This document shows, piece after piece, positions 7,240-15,055 of a DNA stretch of 32,000 bases; within the stretch, counting starts at the first letter, position 1, and each line of letters begins with the position of its first letter. The translations under genes and the position numbers were made by a program. Origin of the DNA: Lachnospiraceae bacterium. Its GTDB lineage: Bacteria > Bacillota > Clostridia > Lachnospirales > Lachnospiraceae. The stretch is taken from NCBI GenBank assembly GCA_021770755.1, contig JAETQI010000021.1, forward strand, positions 29,379-61,378, read 5' to 3'. The notes beneath the pieces are model-generated. The model was not told where the DNA came from. It saw nothing but the letters and a program-made list of their open reading frames with translations, and ran no database searches.

Positions 7240-8742
7240 ATGAATAAAAATCGCAGATTACTGCAGCAATATCTTATAGAAAATATCGGGCTGGTCATTG
7301 CTTTGCTGACGCTTTCCATATTGATCAGTGTACTGAGTCTGACAGTGCCCTGGTTTATGCAGTATTTCACCGATACGGTCGTCATCGGCGGCGCGTGGGA
7401 ACATACAGGCACCGTGATCATCGCTTTTCTCGTCATCATCTTACTGCGGTTTGCGATCGATCTGATGTATGAACGGCTGATGGCTTATCTGGTTTTTCAA
7501 AAGATTACCTTGTCTCTCAGACAAAGAGTTGAGCATATCCTGATCTATATGAAATGCAGATACCTGTATAAAAAGAAAGAAGAGATCGCTGAGAAGGACA
7601 TTGAAACAATTCTGCTTGGAGATGTGGATGCTTTCAAAAATGTCTTGTCCCAGACGATCAAATTTTTTACAGAGGTGCTGAAACTGATCGTATACCTCTT
7701 TGTCCTGCTTTACTATTCGTTGCCTGTCGGGCTGATAGTATGCGCAAGAATCCCCGTCTATTATATTGTTTCCAATTTATATGACCGCCCACTGTCCACG
7801 CGAAGCGAGAAAAACCGGGCAGTCCAGTCAAAGCTGATCCAGAAGGTTAAGAAAATCTTTCAATCCCTGCCTGCCATCAAGACCTTTCAGATGGAATCGC
7901 GCGTTGAACAGGATCTGGATGGACAGGTGACAGACTATTGCAGGAATCAGGGAAAGATATCCATGCTCAACGCCGGATATCAGGAACTCAATACAGCGAT
8001 CAATACCCTGCTGAATGTCCTGGTTCTTGTACTGTGCGGCAGGGCGATCCTGCAGGGCAATATGACGCTTGGTACGATGATGCTGATCTCCAATATTCAG
8101 TCGCGAACGACCATGCCGCTATTTTTTTTCAACAATTACTATCTGCAGTATAAGAGCAGCTTTCCCGGAATATCCCGTCTGGTACGTTTTCTGGAGACAG
8201 AAACCGAAACTGCCGCATCCTGTCCTAATAAACCACACTTTGAGACACTGTCTCTGAGGAATGTGAGTTATTCGTATGTGGAGGGGCAATGTGCGCTGGA
8301 GAACTTTTCACTGGAGATCCGATCCGGCGATAAACTGATCCTGACAGGCGACAATATGGCTGGGAAGAGCACCCTTTTAAAATTGTTGGCGGGACTGCTG
8401 ACAGCCGACAAAGGGCAGATATTCATAGACGGAAAAGTATCCACGGATCATGAACTGCGAAATCTTGCGACACTTTTTCTTCAAAATCAAGACAGCTACT
8501 GCTATTTTGATCAGGAAGGTTCTGGCGGAGAAGTGCAGCTCATGAACCTGTCCATGATGCGTGATGTATCAAGCCCGCTGATCCTGCTGGATGAAGCGGA
8601 TGCAAGCATCAACCACAGCCGCCTGGATGAAGTCTATCAGTTTCTGGATTCCGATGCGACTGTCATCCTGGTCACCCACAGGAATACCGGGCACATTTTG
8701 CAAAAATACCCTAATGCGAGACTGATGCATATGAAAGCGTAA
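7240..8742 (+). CDS. ABC transporter, fused permease/ATP-binding half-transporter (second subunit)
   Basis: I chose the internal ATG 7240 (MNKNRRLLQQYL...), which follows AAGGAGG and lies 11 nt after the helD stop. Walker A GDNMAGKS, degenerate signature GSGGEVQ, Walker B ILLDEADASIN. The listed start at 7159 overlaps helD. Confidence 0.85.
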   Translation: MNKNRRLLQQYLIENIGLVIALLTLSILISVLSLTVPWFMQYFTDTVVIGGAWEHTGTVIIAFLVIILLRFAIDLMYERLMAYLVFQKITLSLRQRVEHILIYMKCRYLYKKKEEIAEKDIETILLGDVDAFKNVLSQTIKFFTEVLKLIVYLFVLLYYSLPVGLIVCARIPVYYIVSNLYDRPLSTRSEKNRAVQSKLIQKVKKIFQSLPAIKTFQMESRVEQDLDGQVTDYCRNQGKISMLNAGYQELNTAINTLLNVLVLVLCGRAILQGNMTLGTMMLISNIQSRTTMPLFFFNNYYLQYKSSFPGISRLVRFLETETETAASCPNKPHFETLSLRNVSYSYVEGQCALENFSLEIRSGDKLILTGDNMAGKSTLLKLLAGLLTADKGQIFIDGKVSTDHELRNLATLFLQNQDSYCYFDQEGSGGEVQLMNLSMMRDVSSPLILLDEADASINHSRLDEVYQFLDSDATVILVTHRNTGHILQKYPNARLMHMKA

Positions 8743-8760
8743 ATGTAACGCGGAATCGCA

Positions 8761-8805
8761 AATCCGTCAATACTGATTTATGATAAGGAGTCCAAAATGA
8801 AAACA
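8761..8805 (+). repeat. 45-nt direct repeat, copy B
   Basis: aatccgtcaatactgatttatgataaggagtccaaaatgaaaaca duplicates the rSAM-tail/RBS/ATG-AAA-ACA junction of 3553-3597, 19 nt after the second ABC gene stop. Confidence 0.9.
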
Positions 8806-8806
8806 A

Positions 8807-8932
8807 TTGGACGATATTGCAGACGGCGTTATACAGATCAAAGATCAGCAGGCGTCCATCATAAAAACTAAATGTAAATATAATACCTTTCAGTGCAAAC
8901 TGGCATGTTCCTCTGAGTGCCTGTGTTCGTAA
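8807..8932 (+). CDS. Cys-rich 41-codon frame (possible second RiPP precursor, or a frameshifted relic of one)
   Basis: My translation from TTG 8807: LDDIADGVIQIKDQQASIIKTKCKYNTFQCKLACSSECLCS, stop TAA 8930-8932. It is in the +1 frame relative to the duplicated ATG at 8797. That ATG frame gives only MKTIGRYCRRRYTDQRSAGVHHKN (stop at 8869-8871). The SD (8785-8790) is ~16 nt from the TTG, which is poor spacing. Confidence 0.4.
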   Translation: MDDIADGVIQIKDQQASIIKTKCKYNTFQCKLACSSECLCS

Positions 8933-8937
8933 AAGGA

Positions 8938-9924
8938 TCACAGCATCGAAGCCCGCAGCTCCTCCGCGCTCTTTGCACTCAGATACGACGGTGCGATGTC
9001 AAACACGGTCCTGCACCCGCTCTGCCCTTCCCCTGCCAGACGATGAGCCGCCCTCGCATAAGCGACGAGCACGCTCGCCGTGAATTCCGGATTGGAATCA
9101 AGCTTTAAGCTGTATTCGATCAGATGCCGGTTCTCCTTCTCCCAGCCGGTCACGCCGCTCCGCAGCACGAAACCGCCGTGCGGGATCCCGCTGTGATTGG
9201 CGAGAAGCTCCTCCTCGCTGATAAAGTGAACCGTCGTGTCGTAATCTGCAAAATAGTTCGGCATGGTCTTGATCTCCTCCTCGACCTTCGCCGCATCTGC
9301 CCCTTCCTCGAGCACAACGAAGCACTCGCGCGTATGCTTCTGCCTCGTCGTCAGCTCCGGGTTGCTGCCAGAACGCGCCGCCTCCAGCGCGGATTCGACA
9401 GGGATCGTGTACTGCTTCGCATTTCTGACGCCCTCGATCCGGCGGATCGCGTCAGAATGCCCCTGGCTGACACCTTTTCCCCAGAATGTATAGTCCTTTC
9501 CTTCCGGCAGGATCGCGTTCGCATACAGACGGTTCAGCGAAAACATACCCGGATCCCAGCCCACGGAAATGATCCCGATATGCGCATTCTCCTTTGCTGC
9601 CGCGTCCACCTTTGCGAAATGCTCGGGGATCTTTGCGTGCGTGTCAAAGCTGTCGACCACGTTAAAATACTTCACATACGCCGGCGTCTGTTCCGGCAGG
9701 TCTGTGGCGCTGCCGCCGCAGATGATCATCACGTCGATCCGGTCCTTCCACGCTGCCGCGTCCGATACCTTGCAGACTTTCGCCGTGTCCGTCAGGATCG
9801 ATACAGACGACGGATCCCTGCGCGTAAACACTGCCGCCAGCTCCATATCATCATTTTGTCTGACCGCGCACTCCACGCCGCGCCCCAGATTGCCATATCC
9901 TAAGATTCCTACCCGTGTACTCAT
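8938..9924 (-). CDS. ddh: meso-diaminopimelate D-dehydrogenase
   Basis: MSTRVGILGYGNLGRGVE..., GWDPGMFS, WGKGVSQGHSDAIRRI, MPHGGF and LDSNPEFTAS closely follow the Ddh sequence as I remember it from Corynebacterium. I chose the start at ATG 9924 after GGAGGAG; the listed 9969 start is an extension. Confidence 0.9.
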   Translation of the reverse strand: MSTRVGILGYGNLGRGVECAVRQNDDMELAAVFTRRDPSSVSILTDTAKVCKVSDAAAWKDRIDVMIICGGSATDLPEQTPAYVKYFNVVDSFDTHAKIPEHFAKVDAAAKENAHIGIISVGWDPGMFSLNRLYANAILPEGKDYTFWGKGVSQGHSDAIRRIEGVRNAKQYTIPVESALEAARSGSNPELTTRQKHTRECFVVLEEGADAAKVEEEIKTMPNYFADYDTTVHFISEEELLANHSGIPHGGFVLRSGVTGWEKENRHLIEYSLKLDSNPEFTASVLVAYARAAHRLAGEGQSGCRTVFDIAPSYLSAKSAEELRASML

Positions 9925-10075
9925 TTTTGTTCTCCTCCATGTTTTTAGTCGTTTTAGCTGCCCGTTCATATCACCTTGTCAGCAGTTCCCCCTGGTCTGT
10001 AACTCATATCTGTTCCCACTCTCTCTTTAATAACCGATATTCCAACCGCGTCTTCATCTTTCCATCATGCCATTC

Positions 10076-10555
10076 TTAGTCAATGTGTTCTGCTTCCCTG
10101 ATCAATCCGCATTTTTGCATGACCCTTTCAGAGCCGATGTTTTCAGCAAGACATCCTGTGGAGATCCTGTATACATTATTTTCGCAAAATGCGTACGCGA
10201 TAACCCGCCGAAACGCTTCCGTCATATATCCTTTTCCCCAGAACTTTGGATACGTAAAATACCCTGCCCCCACAATCTTCCCGACGGGAGTATCGTTCTC
10301 TACCGTATACCCGGCACTCCCGACCTGCTCATGTGAATCTTTTAATTCTATGTGCATAAAGTAAAACTTCCTGTCTGTCCGAGTCATATCCTCCAGGACC
10401 TTATGAAAATCCTCCTGTGCTTCTTCTTTTGTATGCAGTTGTATATCCTGCAGGTAATACATGGTTTTGACATCCGACTTTAGCCGGTAATATTCGTCAA
10501 AATCGGATTCCTGATAATCCCTCAGGATCAGGCGCTGCGTTTCCAGGTATATCAT
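10076..10555 (-). CDS. GNAT family N-acetyltransferase (RimJ/RimL-like)
   Basis: MIYLETQRLILRDYQESDFDEYY... and FWGKGYMTEAFRRVIAYAF are typical GNAT A/B motifs. The ATG at 10555 overlaps the upstream HAD stop in an ATGA arrangement. The listed N-terminal extension is Gly/Arg-rich out-of-context sequence. Confidence 0.85.
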   Translation of the reverse strand: MIYLETQRLILRDYQESDFDEYYRLKSDVKTMYYLQDIQLHTKEEAQEDFHKVLEDMTRTDRKFYFMHIELKDSHEQVGSAGYTVENDTPVGKIVGAGYFTYPKFWGKGYMTEAFRRVIAYAFCENNVYRISTGCLAENIGSERVMQKCGLIREAEHID

Positions 10556-11211
10556 CTGCCGCACCAGCCTTCTATTTTCCCCATAAGCTTTGGCAGATCT
10601 GCAAACGCCTCCAGCCGGTAGTCCGGCGCCTTTGCCTCGCCAAATCCGTATTCCGCATAGATAAACGGTATGCCCGCCACGCGCGCCGACTCCTCGTCGC
10701 CCGCCGTGTCGCCCACATACACTGCCCTCGTCACATGGTTGCGCTCCATGATGAGCTTGTTGTTCTCGCCCTTTGGAAGCAGGTTGTTGCCCCAGCACTC
10801 GATGTCGTCAAAACACTTCGCGAGCTTGTGCGCCTTGATAAAACTCTCGATATAACCCTGCTGGCAGTTGCTGACCACAAAGAGTTTGTACGTTTTTTTC
10901 AGCTCCATCAGGGTCTCCTCGAGCGCCGGATACAGGATTCCGCCGTGCTCTGACAGATAGGCATTCTCCACCTCGCAGCACTCGTCCATCAGCGCCTGCT
11001 GCTGTTCCGGCGTCGTGCCCGGGAACAGCTTCGCCGCGATGTCGGTCATGGGCAGTCCCAGACAGCCCTCCAGTTCCTCGAAGGTGATGGGGTCTTTTCT
11101 GTACTCCGAATGGTTTGCCACAACCTGGTTCCAGGTCTGGTGGATCCCGTCGAGCGCATTCCACATGGTTCCGTCCAGGTCAAATAGGATCGCTTCTATC
11201 GTATTCTTCAT
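10552..11211 (-). CDS. HAD-IA family hydrolase (phosphatase)
   Basis: Motif I ILFDLDGTMWN. Later VSN and a YVGDTAGDEESA motif. Start chosen at ATG 11211 (MKNTIEAILFDLDGT), 11 nt after the metG stop. Confidence 0.85.
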   Translation of the reverse strand: MKNTIEAILFDLDGTMWNALDGIHQTWNQVVANHSEYRKDPITFEELEGCLGLPMTDIAAKLFPGTTPEQQQALMDECCEVENAYLSEHGGILYPALEETLMELKKTYKLFVVSNCQQGYIESFIKAHKLAKCFDDIECWGNNLLPKGENNKLIMERNHVTRAVYVGDTAGDEESARVAGIPFIYAEYGFGEAKAPDYRLEAFADLPKLMGKIEGWCGR

Positions 11212-11222
11212 TATGATTCTCC

Positions 11223-13217
11223 TCACATGATCTCCGCCCCTGACGGCATCGCTCTCTCCGGCGTCATCAGCGCGAGCTTTCCGTCCGCGTCCTCCGCGCA
11301 CAGGATCATGCCCTCAGACAGGACACCCGCAAGCTTCGCCGGTTTCAGGTTTACGAGCACCATCACCTTCTTGCCGACCATCTCCTCGGGACTGTAAAAC
11401 GCCTTGATCCCCGATACGATCTGCTTCACTTGGGAACCGATCTTCACCTGGCTGCACAGCAGTTTCTTTGACTTTGGCACTGCCTCACAGGAGATGATCT
11501 CTCCTACCTGAAACTGCATCCTGGTGAAATCCTCATAGGTGATCTCCGCCTTGGGTTCGATATCGATCACATCGGTAACATCCGTGTCATTTTCCGGCTC
11601 CTGCGCCGCACCCGCTTCTGTCCTCTGCCGGCTGGCAAGCTCCTCCACCTTCGCATCGATCTCCTTCGGGTCAAGACGCGCAAAGAGGATCTCCGGCGCA
11701 TCTGTCACCTTTGTGCCCGACGCGTAGACGCCAAATGTCTTTGTCGACTCAAAATCGCGGACTTCGCTGCCCAACTGCTTCATGATCCGCTGCGCAGTCT
11801 CCGGCATGAACGGCTCAAGTAGCCCTGCACCGATCGAGATGCCTTCCACCAGATTGTACAGGACAGTCGCAAGCCTGTCCTTCTTTGCCTCGTCCTTTGC
11901 CAGCACCCACGGCTCCGTCTCGTCGATGTATTTGTTGCAGCGCTTGAACAGGTTGAAGATCTCCGTCATGGCGTCGGCAACGCGCAGCTCTGCCATCTTT
12001 GCTTCCACCCTGTCATACGTCCCTGCAGCGACTGCCTTCAGATCCTCATCGACTGCCTCCGCGGCGCCCTTGTCCTCCACCACGCCGCCAAAATATTTGT
12101 TGCTCATGGAGATCGTCCTGTTCACGAGATTTCCGAGCGTATTTGCCAGGTCGGAATTCAGGCGCTCGACCATCAGATCCCACGTGATCGATCCGTCATT
12201 TTCAAACGGCATCTCATGCAGCACGAAATAACGCACCGCGTCCACGCCAAAAAGCGAGACAAGGTCATCCGCGTACATGATATTCCCCTTGGACTTGCTC
12301 ATCTTGTCATTGTTCTGCAGAAGCCACGGGTGTCCAAACACCTGGTGCGGGAGCTCCTCGCCGAGCGCCATCAGAAAGATCGGCCAATAGATCGTGTGAA
12401 AACGGATAATATCTTTTCCGATCAGATGCAGGTCTGCCGGCCACAGCTTTTTGTACTGCTCTGTGCTGTTTCCGTCCGCGTCATAGCCGATGCCCGTGAT
12501 ATAGTTTGTGAGCGCGTCGAGCCACACGTAAACGACATGCTTGTCGTCAAAGTCAACAGGTATCCCCCACTTGAACGAAGTGCGCGACACACACAGATCC
12601 TGCAGGCCGGGAAGCAGGAAATTGTTCATCATCTCGTTTTTGCGCGATACAGGCTGGATAAACTCCGGGTGCCTGTTGATGTGGTCGATCAGCCTGTCCG
12701 CATACTTGCTCATCTTGAAGAAGTACGCCTCCTCCTTCGCCGGTTTTACCTCGCGCCCGCAATCCGGGCACTTGCCGTCCCTGAGCTGCGACTCCGTCCA
12801 GAAGGACTCACAGGGCGTGCAGTACATTCCCTCGTACGCCCCCTTGTAGATATCGCCCTGGTCATACAGGCGCTTAAAGATCTTCTGCACCTGTCTCTCA
12901 TGGTATTCGTCCGTTGTGCGGATAAACTTGTCATACGCAATGTTGAGCAGATCGCAGAGCCCGCGGATCGTTCCCGCCACACTGTCCACCAGCTCCTTCG
13001 GCGTCACGCCCGCCTCCGCCGCCTTGAGCTCGATCTTCTGACCATGCTCGTCCGTACCTGTCTGGAAAAAGACGTCGTAGCCGTCCTTCCGCTTATAGCG
13101 CGCTATGCTGTCCGCCAGCACGATCTCATAATTGTTTCCGATATGCGGCTTTCCGGAAGTGTACGCAATCGCCGTCGTGATATAATATTTTCCTTTATTC
13201 TGCATTGTCGCCATCAC
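11223..13217 (-). CDS. metG: Methionine--tRNA ligase with C-terminal tRNA-binding (EMAP/Trbp111-like) domain
   Basis: HIGH-type motif (KPHIGN), KMSKS motif (DKMSKSKGN), a Zn-knuckle-like CPDCG, and a C-terminal OB-fold tail (KLLCSQVKIG...VNLKPAKLAGVLSEGMIL). The exact start among the first Met/Val codons is uncertain. Confidence 0.95.
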   Translation of the reverse strand: MMATMQNKGKYYITTAIAYTSGKPHIGNNYEIVLADSIARYKRKDGYDVFFQTGTDEHGQKIELKAAEAGVTPKELVDSVAGTIRGLCDLLNIAYDKFIRTTDEYHERQVQKIFKRLYDQGDIYKGAYEGMYCTPCESFWTESQLRDGKCPDCGREVKPAKEEAYFFKMSKYADRLIDHINRHPEFIQPVSRKNEMMNNFLLPGLQDLCVSRTSFKWGIPVDFDDKHVVYVWLDALTNYITGIGYDADGNSTEQYKKLWPADLHLIGKDIIRFHTIYWPIFLMALGEELPHQVFGHPWLLQNNDKMSKSKGNIMYADDLVSLFGVDAVRYFVLHEMPFENDGSITWDLMVERLNSDLANTLGNLVNRTISMSNKYFGGVVEDKGAAEAVDEDLKAVAAGTYDRVEAKMAELRVADAMTEIFNLFKRCNKYIDETEPWVLAKDEAKKDRLATVLYNLVEGISIGAGLLEPFMPETAQRIMKQLGSEVRDFESTKTFGVYASGTKVTDAPEILFARLDPKEIDAKVEELASRQRTEAGAAQEPENDTDVTDVIDIEPKAEITYEDFTRMQFQVGEIISCEAVPKSKKLLCSQVKIGSQVKQIVSGIKAFYSPEEMVGKKVMVLVNLKPAKLAGVLSEGMILCAEDADGKLALMTPERAMPSGAEIM

Positions 13218-13366
13218 CTTTCCTTCGCTATACTTATAAAATAACCCAATTATCTATAATTTACCATACTCGGGAGGCTTTGTAAATGAAAATGCGATCG
13301 TACTTCAATCCTGCGCAAGCTGTATCGGTTTGACACGGAAAGATCTGCCCTCCAGATCATAAATAC

Positions 13367-13678
13367 CTATGAACTGCGCCCCGAAAAAATCTTTGTAATA
13401 TCCTGATACCGATTCACCACCCGATAAATCTCAACTGCCTCTTTAAAAGCCTTATACATCACAACATAATCATTCCAAACCACATACTTATAATCTGTCT
13501 TAAAGCTCACACGTTTAGACAAATCTGCGCCAATATAAGGAAACTGCTGTATATTTTCAAACTGCTTATAAATCTCCTGAACTGTTTCTGATGCTTTATC
13601 AGCATTATCTTCTGCAATAAAATTTTTGATAGCTTTTAAATCTTCTGCAACTACTGGATTGATTCGCAATCTCACCAT
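13367..13678 (-). CDS. Type II toxin, ParE/RelE family
   Basis: About 103 aa, starting MVRLRINPVVAEDLKAIKNFIAEDN...YRVVNRYQD. It lies 4 nt downstream of the antitoxin stop, and a GGAGAG RBS sits inside the antitoxin's end. Confidence 0.8.
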   Translation of the reverse strand: MVRLRINPVVAEDLKAIKNFIAEDNADKASETVQEIYKQFENIQQFPYIGADLSKRVSFKTDYKYVVWNDYVVMYKAFKEAVEIYRVVNRYQDITKIFSGRSS

Positions 13679-13682
13679 AAAT

Positions 13683-13931
13683 TTACTCTCCAACTTTCGC
13701 TTTCAATTCATCCATTGTAAGCCATCCATTTCCGTCCTTGACAGCTTCCTCTGCCTCATGCAGTTTCTCCAACAGCTTTTTTTCTGCTTTTTCACGCTCG
13801 TAATCTTCTATATCCATTACCACAAATCTTCCTCTGCCATTTTTCGTCAGAAACACAGGCTCTCCAATCTGACAGTTTTTCAAAACCTCATTATAATTTC
13901 TTAAATCCGATACCGGTAATATACTTGCCAT
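13683..13931 (-). CDS. Type II antitoxin, Phd/YefM family
   Basis: 82 aa. MASILPVSDLRNYNEVLKNCQIGEPVFLTKNGRGRFVVMDIEDYE is the characteristic Phd/YefM N-terminal fold sequence. The C-terminal tail is acidic. Confidence 0.8.
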   Translation of the reverse strand: MASILPVSDLRNYNEVLKNCQIGEPVFLTKNGRGRFVVMDIEDYEREKAEKKLLEKLHEAEEAVKDGNGWLTMDELKAKVGE

Positions 13932-13990
13932 AGATATACCATTCCTTTCAAATCAAATGATACGATTTCTTTTCTATTATACCCAAAGAT

Positions 13991-14020
13991 GCTGTAATAA
14001 TCAACGAAATATTTTACAGC
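13991..14020. promoter_or_regulatory. Inverted repeat upstream of the TA operon (possible antitoxin operator)
   Basis: gctgtaa...ttacagc: 7-bp arms separated by 16 nt, 60-90 nt upstream of the antitoxin ATG. Confidence 0.3.
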
Positions 14021-14068
14021 ATTTTCTTATATTTGTAGAGAAAACAAGTCTATACGCTCTATTTTTAT

Positions 14069-14158
14069 GCACATGGGCACCCAGAGGAAGATTGTCAGCA
14101 TGTGCTGACGGGTGCCCGGCGCGCGAGTAGGGTAAGACGGCTCTTCCCTACTCGATTG
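14069..14158. repeat. GC-rich two-hairpin intergenic repeat element, copy 1
   Basis: gcacatgggcacccagaggaagattgtcagcatgtgctgacgggtgcccggcgcgcgagtagggtaagacggctcttccctactcgattg. Hairpin 1 is gggcaccc/gggtgccc enclosing gtcagca/tgctgac. Hairpin 2 is gagtaggg(t)aaga/tcttccctactc. It is homologous to the reverse complement of 18287-18377. Confidence 0.75.
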
Positions 14159-14272
14159 TAAAGCATAGAATATGGCAGAAACCAAAAACGAGCATCAACC
14201 CCACAGTTTCAAGCGGAAGTTGTGGAATACCACTTCGAAAAACTCAGCCCTGACTGATAAATCTAACATGAT

Positions 14273-15055
14273 CTATTGTGCTTCCCTGATAACAATACTT
14301 TGGAACACTTTGTCTATTATATCTTTGTTTTCACTGTAAATACTTTCCGGCATGTTAAAACGGACACCATAGAAGCCTGCAAGCTCCGTATCAAAAATAA
14401 TTGTTCCCTGTACTGCAGGATTTCCGTCATCAAGCGTATATTCATCCCAAGAATACTGTCCTGTCAACCCCTGTGATGTCTGAAAAGATTTTGGTCCATT
14501 TGAAGAATCGTCGGTTAGCGTTCCATGCTGTCCAAAAATACTAAAAATTGCATCTTCCCTTCCCTGCACTTTAACAGAATATCCCCAATCAGGAGATTCC
14601 TCCTCCACATCCCACAGAATATAGTTCCAATCCTCCGGCATCTGCAAGGATATTTCTACCGCCTGTTCATATGGTTTAAATACATGAGCAATATCCATAT
14701 ATTTTACTTCTTTGACAGGAGGCATTTGTGCTGTTTGCGTTTCCTGTTTGGGAGTAGCCGTTTGTGTTGTTTGCGTTTCCTGTCCGCTGCCGGGTTCTGG
14801 CTCTGATGCACTCTCCGTCTTTGCCGGTTCTTCGCTTTGAACAATTGTTTCACTCTGTAGTTCATCAGAGGTTATTGGCTGCGTTTCATTCGCAACTGTC
14901 GTTTGCTCCGCTGCAGATGCAAGTATCTCATTAACAAATGTCTCACTCGGTATCTCCTGCACTTCCTCTTTTGCGCCACATCCGCTAATTAAGAACGCTC
15001 CCATTGTCGCCAGCAATAATATGGACTTTCTTCTTTTTTCATCATTTTTCATCAT
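14273..15055 (-). CDS. Lipoprotein of unknown function with a Thr/Gln/Glu-rich linker
   Basis: Start chosen at ATG 15055 (MMKNDEKRRKSILLLATMGAFLISGCGAKE) after an AGGAG RBS. Lipobox LISGC. The linker has a 36-nt periodic repeat (14725-14747 vs 14761-14783, 22/23 nt) encoding QETQT. Confidence 0.75.
   Translation of the reverse strand: MMKNDEKRRKSILLLATMGAFLISGCGAKEEVQEIPSETFVNEILASAAEQTTVANETQPITSDELQSETIVQSEEPAKTESASEPEPGSGQETQTTQTATPKQETQTAQMPPVKEVKYMDIAHVFKPYEQAVEISLQMPEDWNYILWDVEEESPDWGYSVKVQGREDAIFSIFGQHGTLTDDSSNGPKSFQTSQGLTGQYSWDEYTLDDGNPAVQGTIIFDTELAGFYGVRFNMPESIYSENKDIIDKVFQSIVIREAQ

Noticed and set aside
9124-10030. Plus-strand ORFs (259 aa, 76 aa, 153 aa) antisense to ddh
   Set aside because: Same reasoning. 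They overlap a confidently identified Ddh gene, are low-complexity and Arg-rich, and have no start context.
9925-10075. Possible lysine (L-box) riboswitch upstream of ddh
   Set aside because: The region is too short (~150 nt) and lacks the conserved L-box helices and any terminator hairpin.
10556-10798. N-terminal extensions of listed ORFs: 10556-10798, 11212-11301, 23669-23743, 7159-7239, 24365-24442, 15056-15202, 9925-9969, 21656-21670
   Set aside because: In each case an internal ATG with a good SD coincides with the start of the recognisable domain. The extension overlaps the upstream gene or consists of out-of-context Gly/Arg-rich sequence.
11782-13244. Long plus-strand ORFs (149 aa at 11782-12231; 342 aa at 12216-13244; others) antisense to metG
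   Set aside because: They lie entirely inside a gene with unmistakable MetRS motifs (HIGH, KMSKS). Their translations are Arg/Leu/His-rich with no recognisable motifs and no RBS. These are typical shadow ORFs of GC-rich coding DNA.
13218-13366. Possible T-box leader upstream of metG
   Set aside because: Only ~150 nt is available between metG and the toxin gene. I could find no specifier-loop or T-box (AAnnnGGGTGGTAC-like) sequence and no terminator/antiterminator pair.
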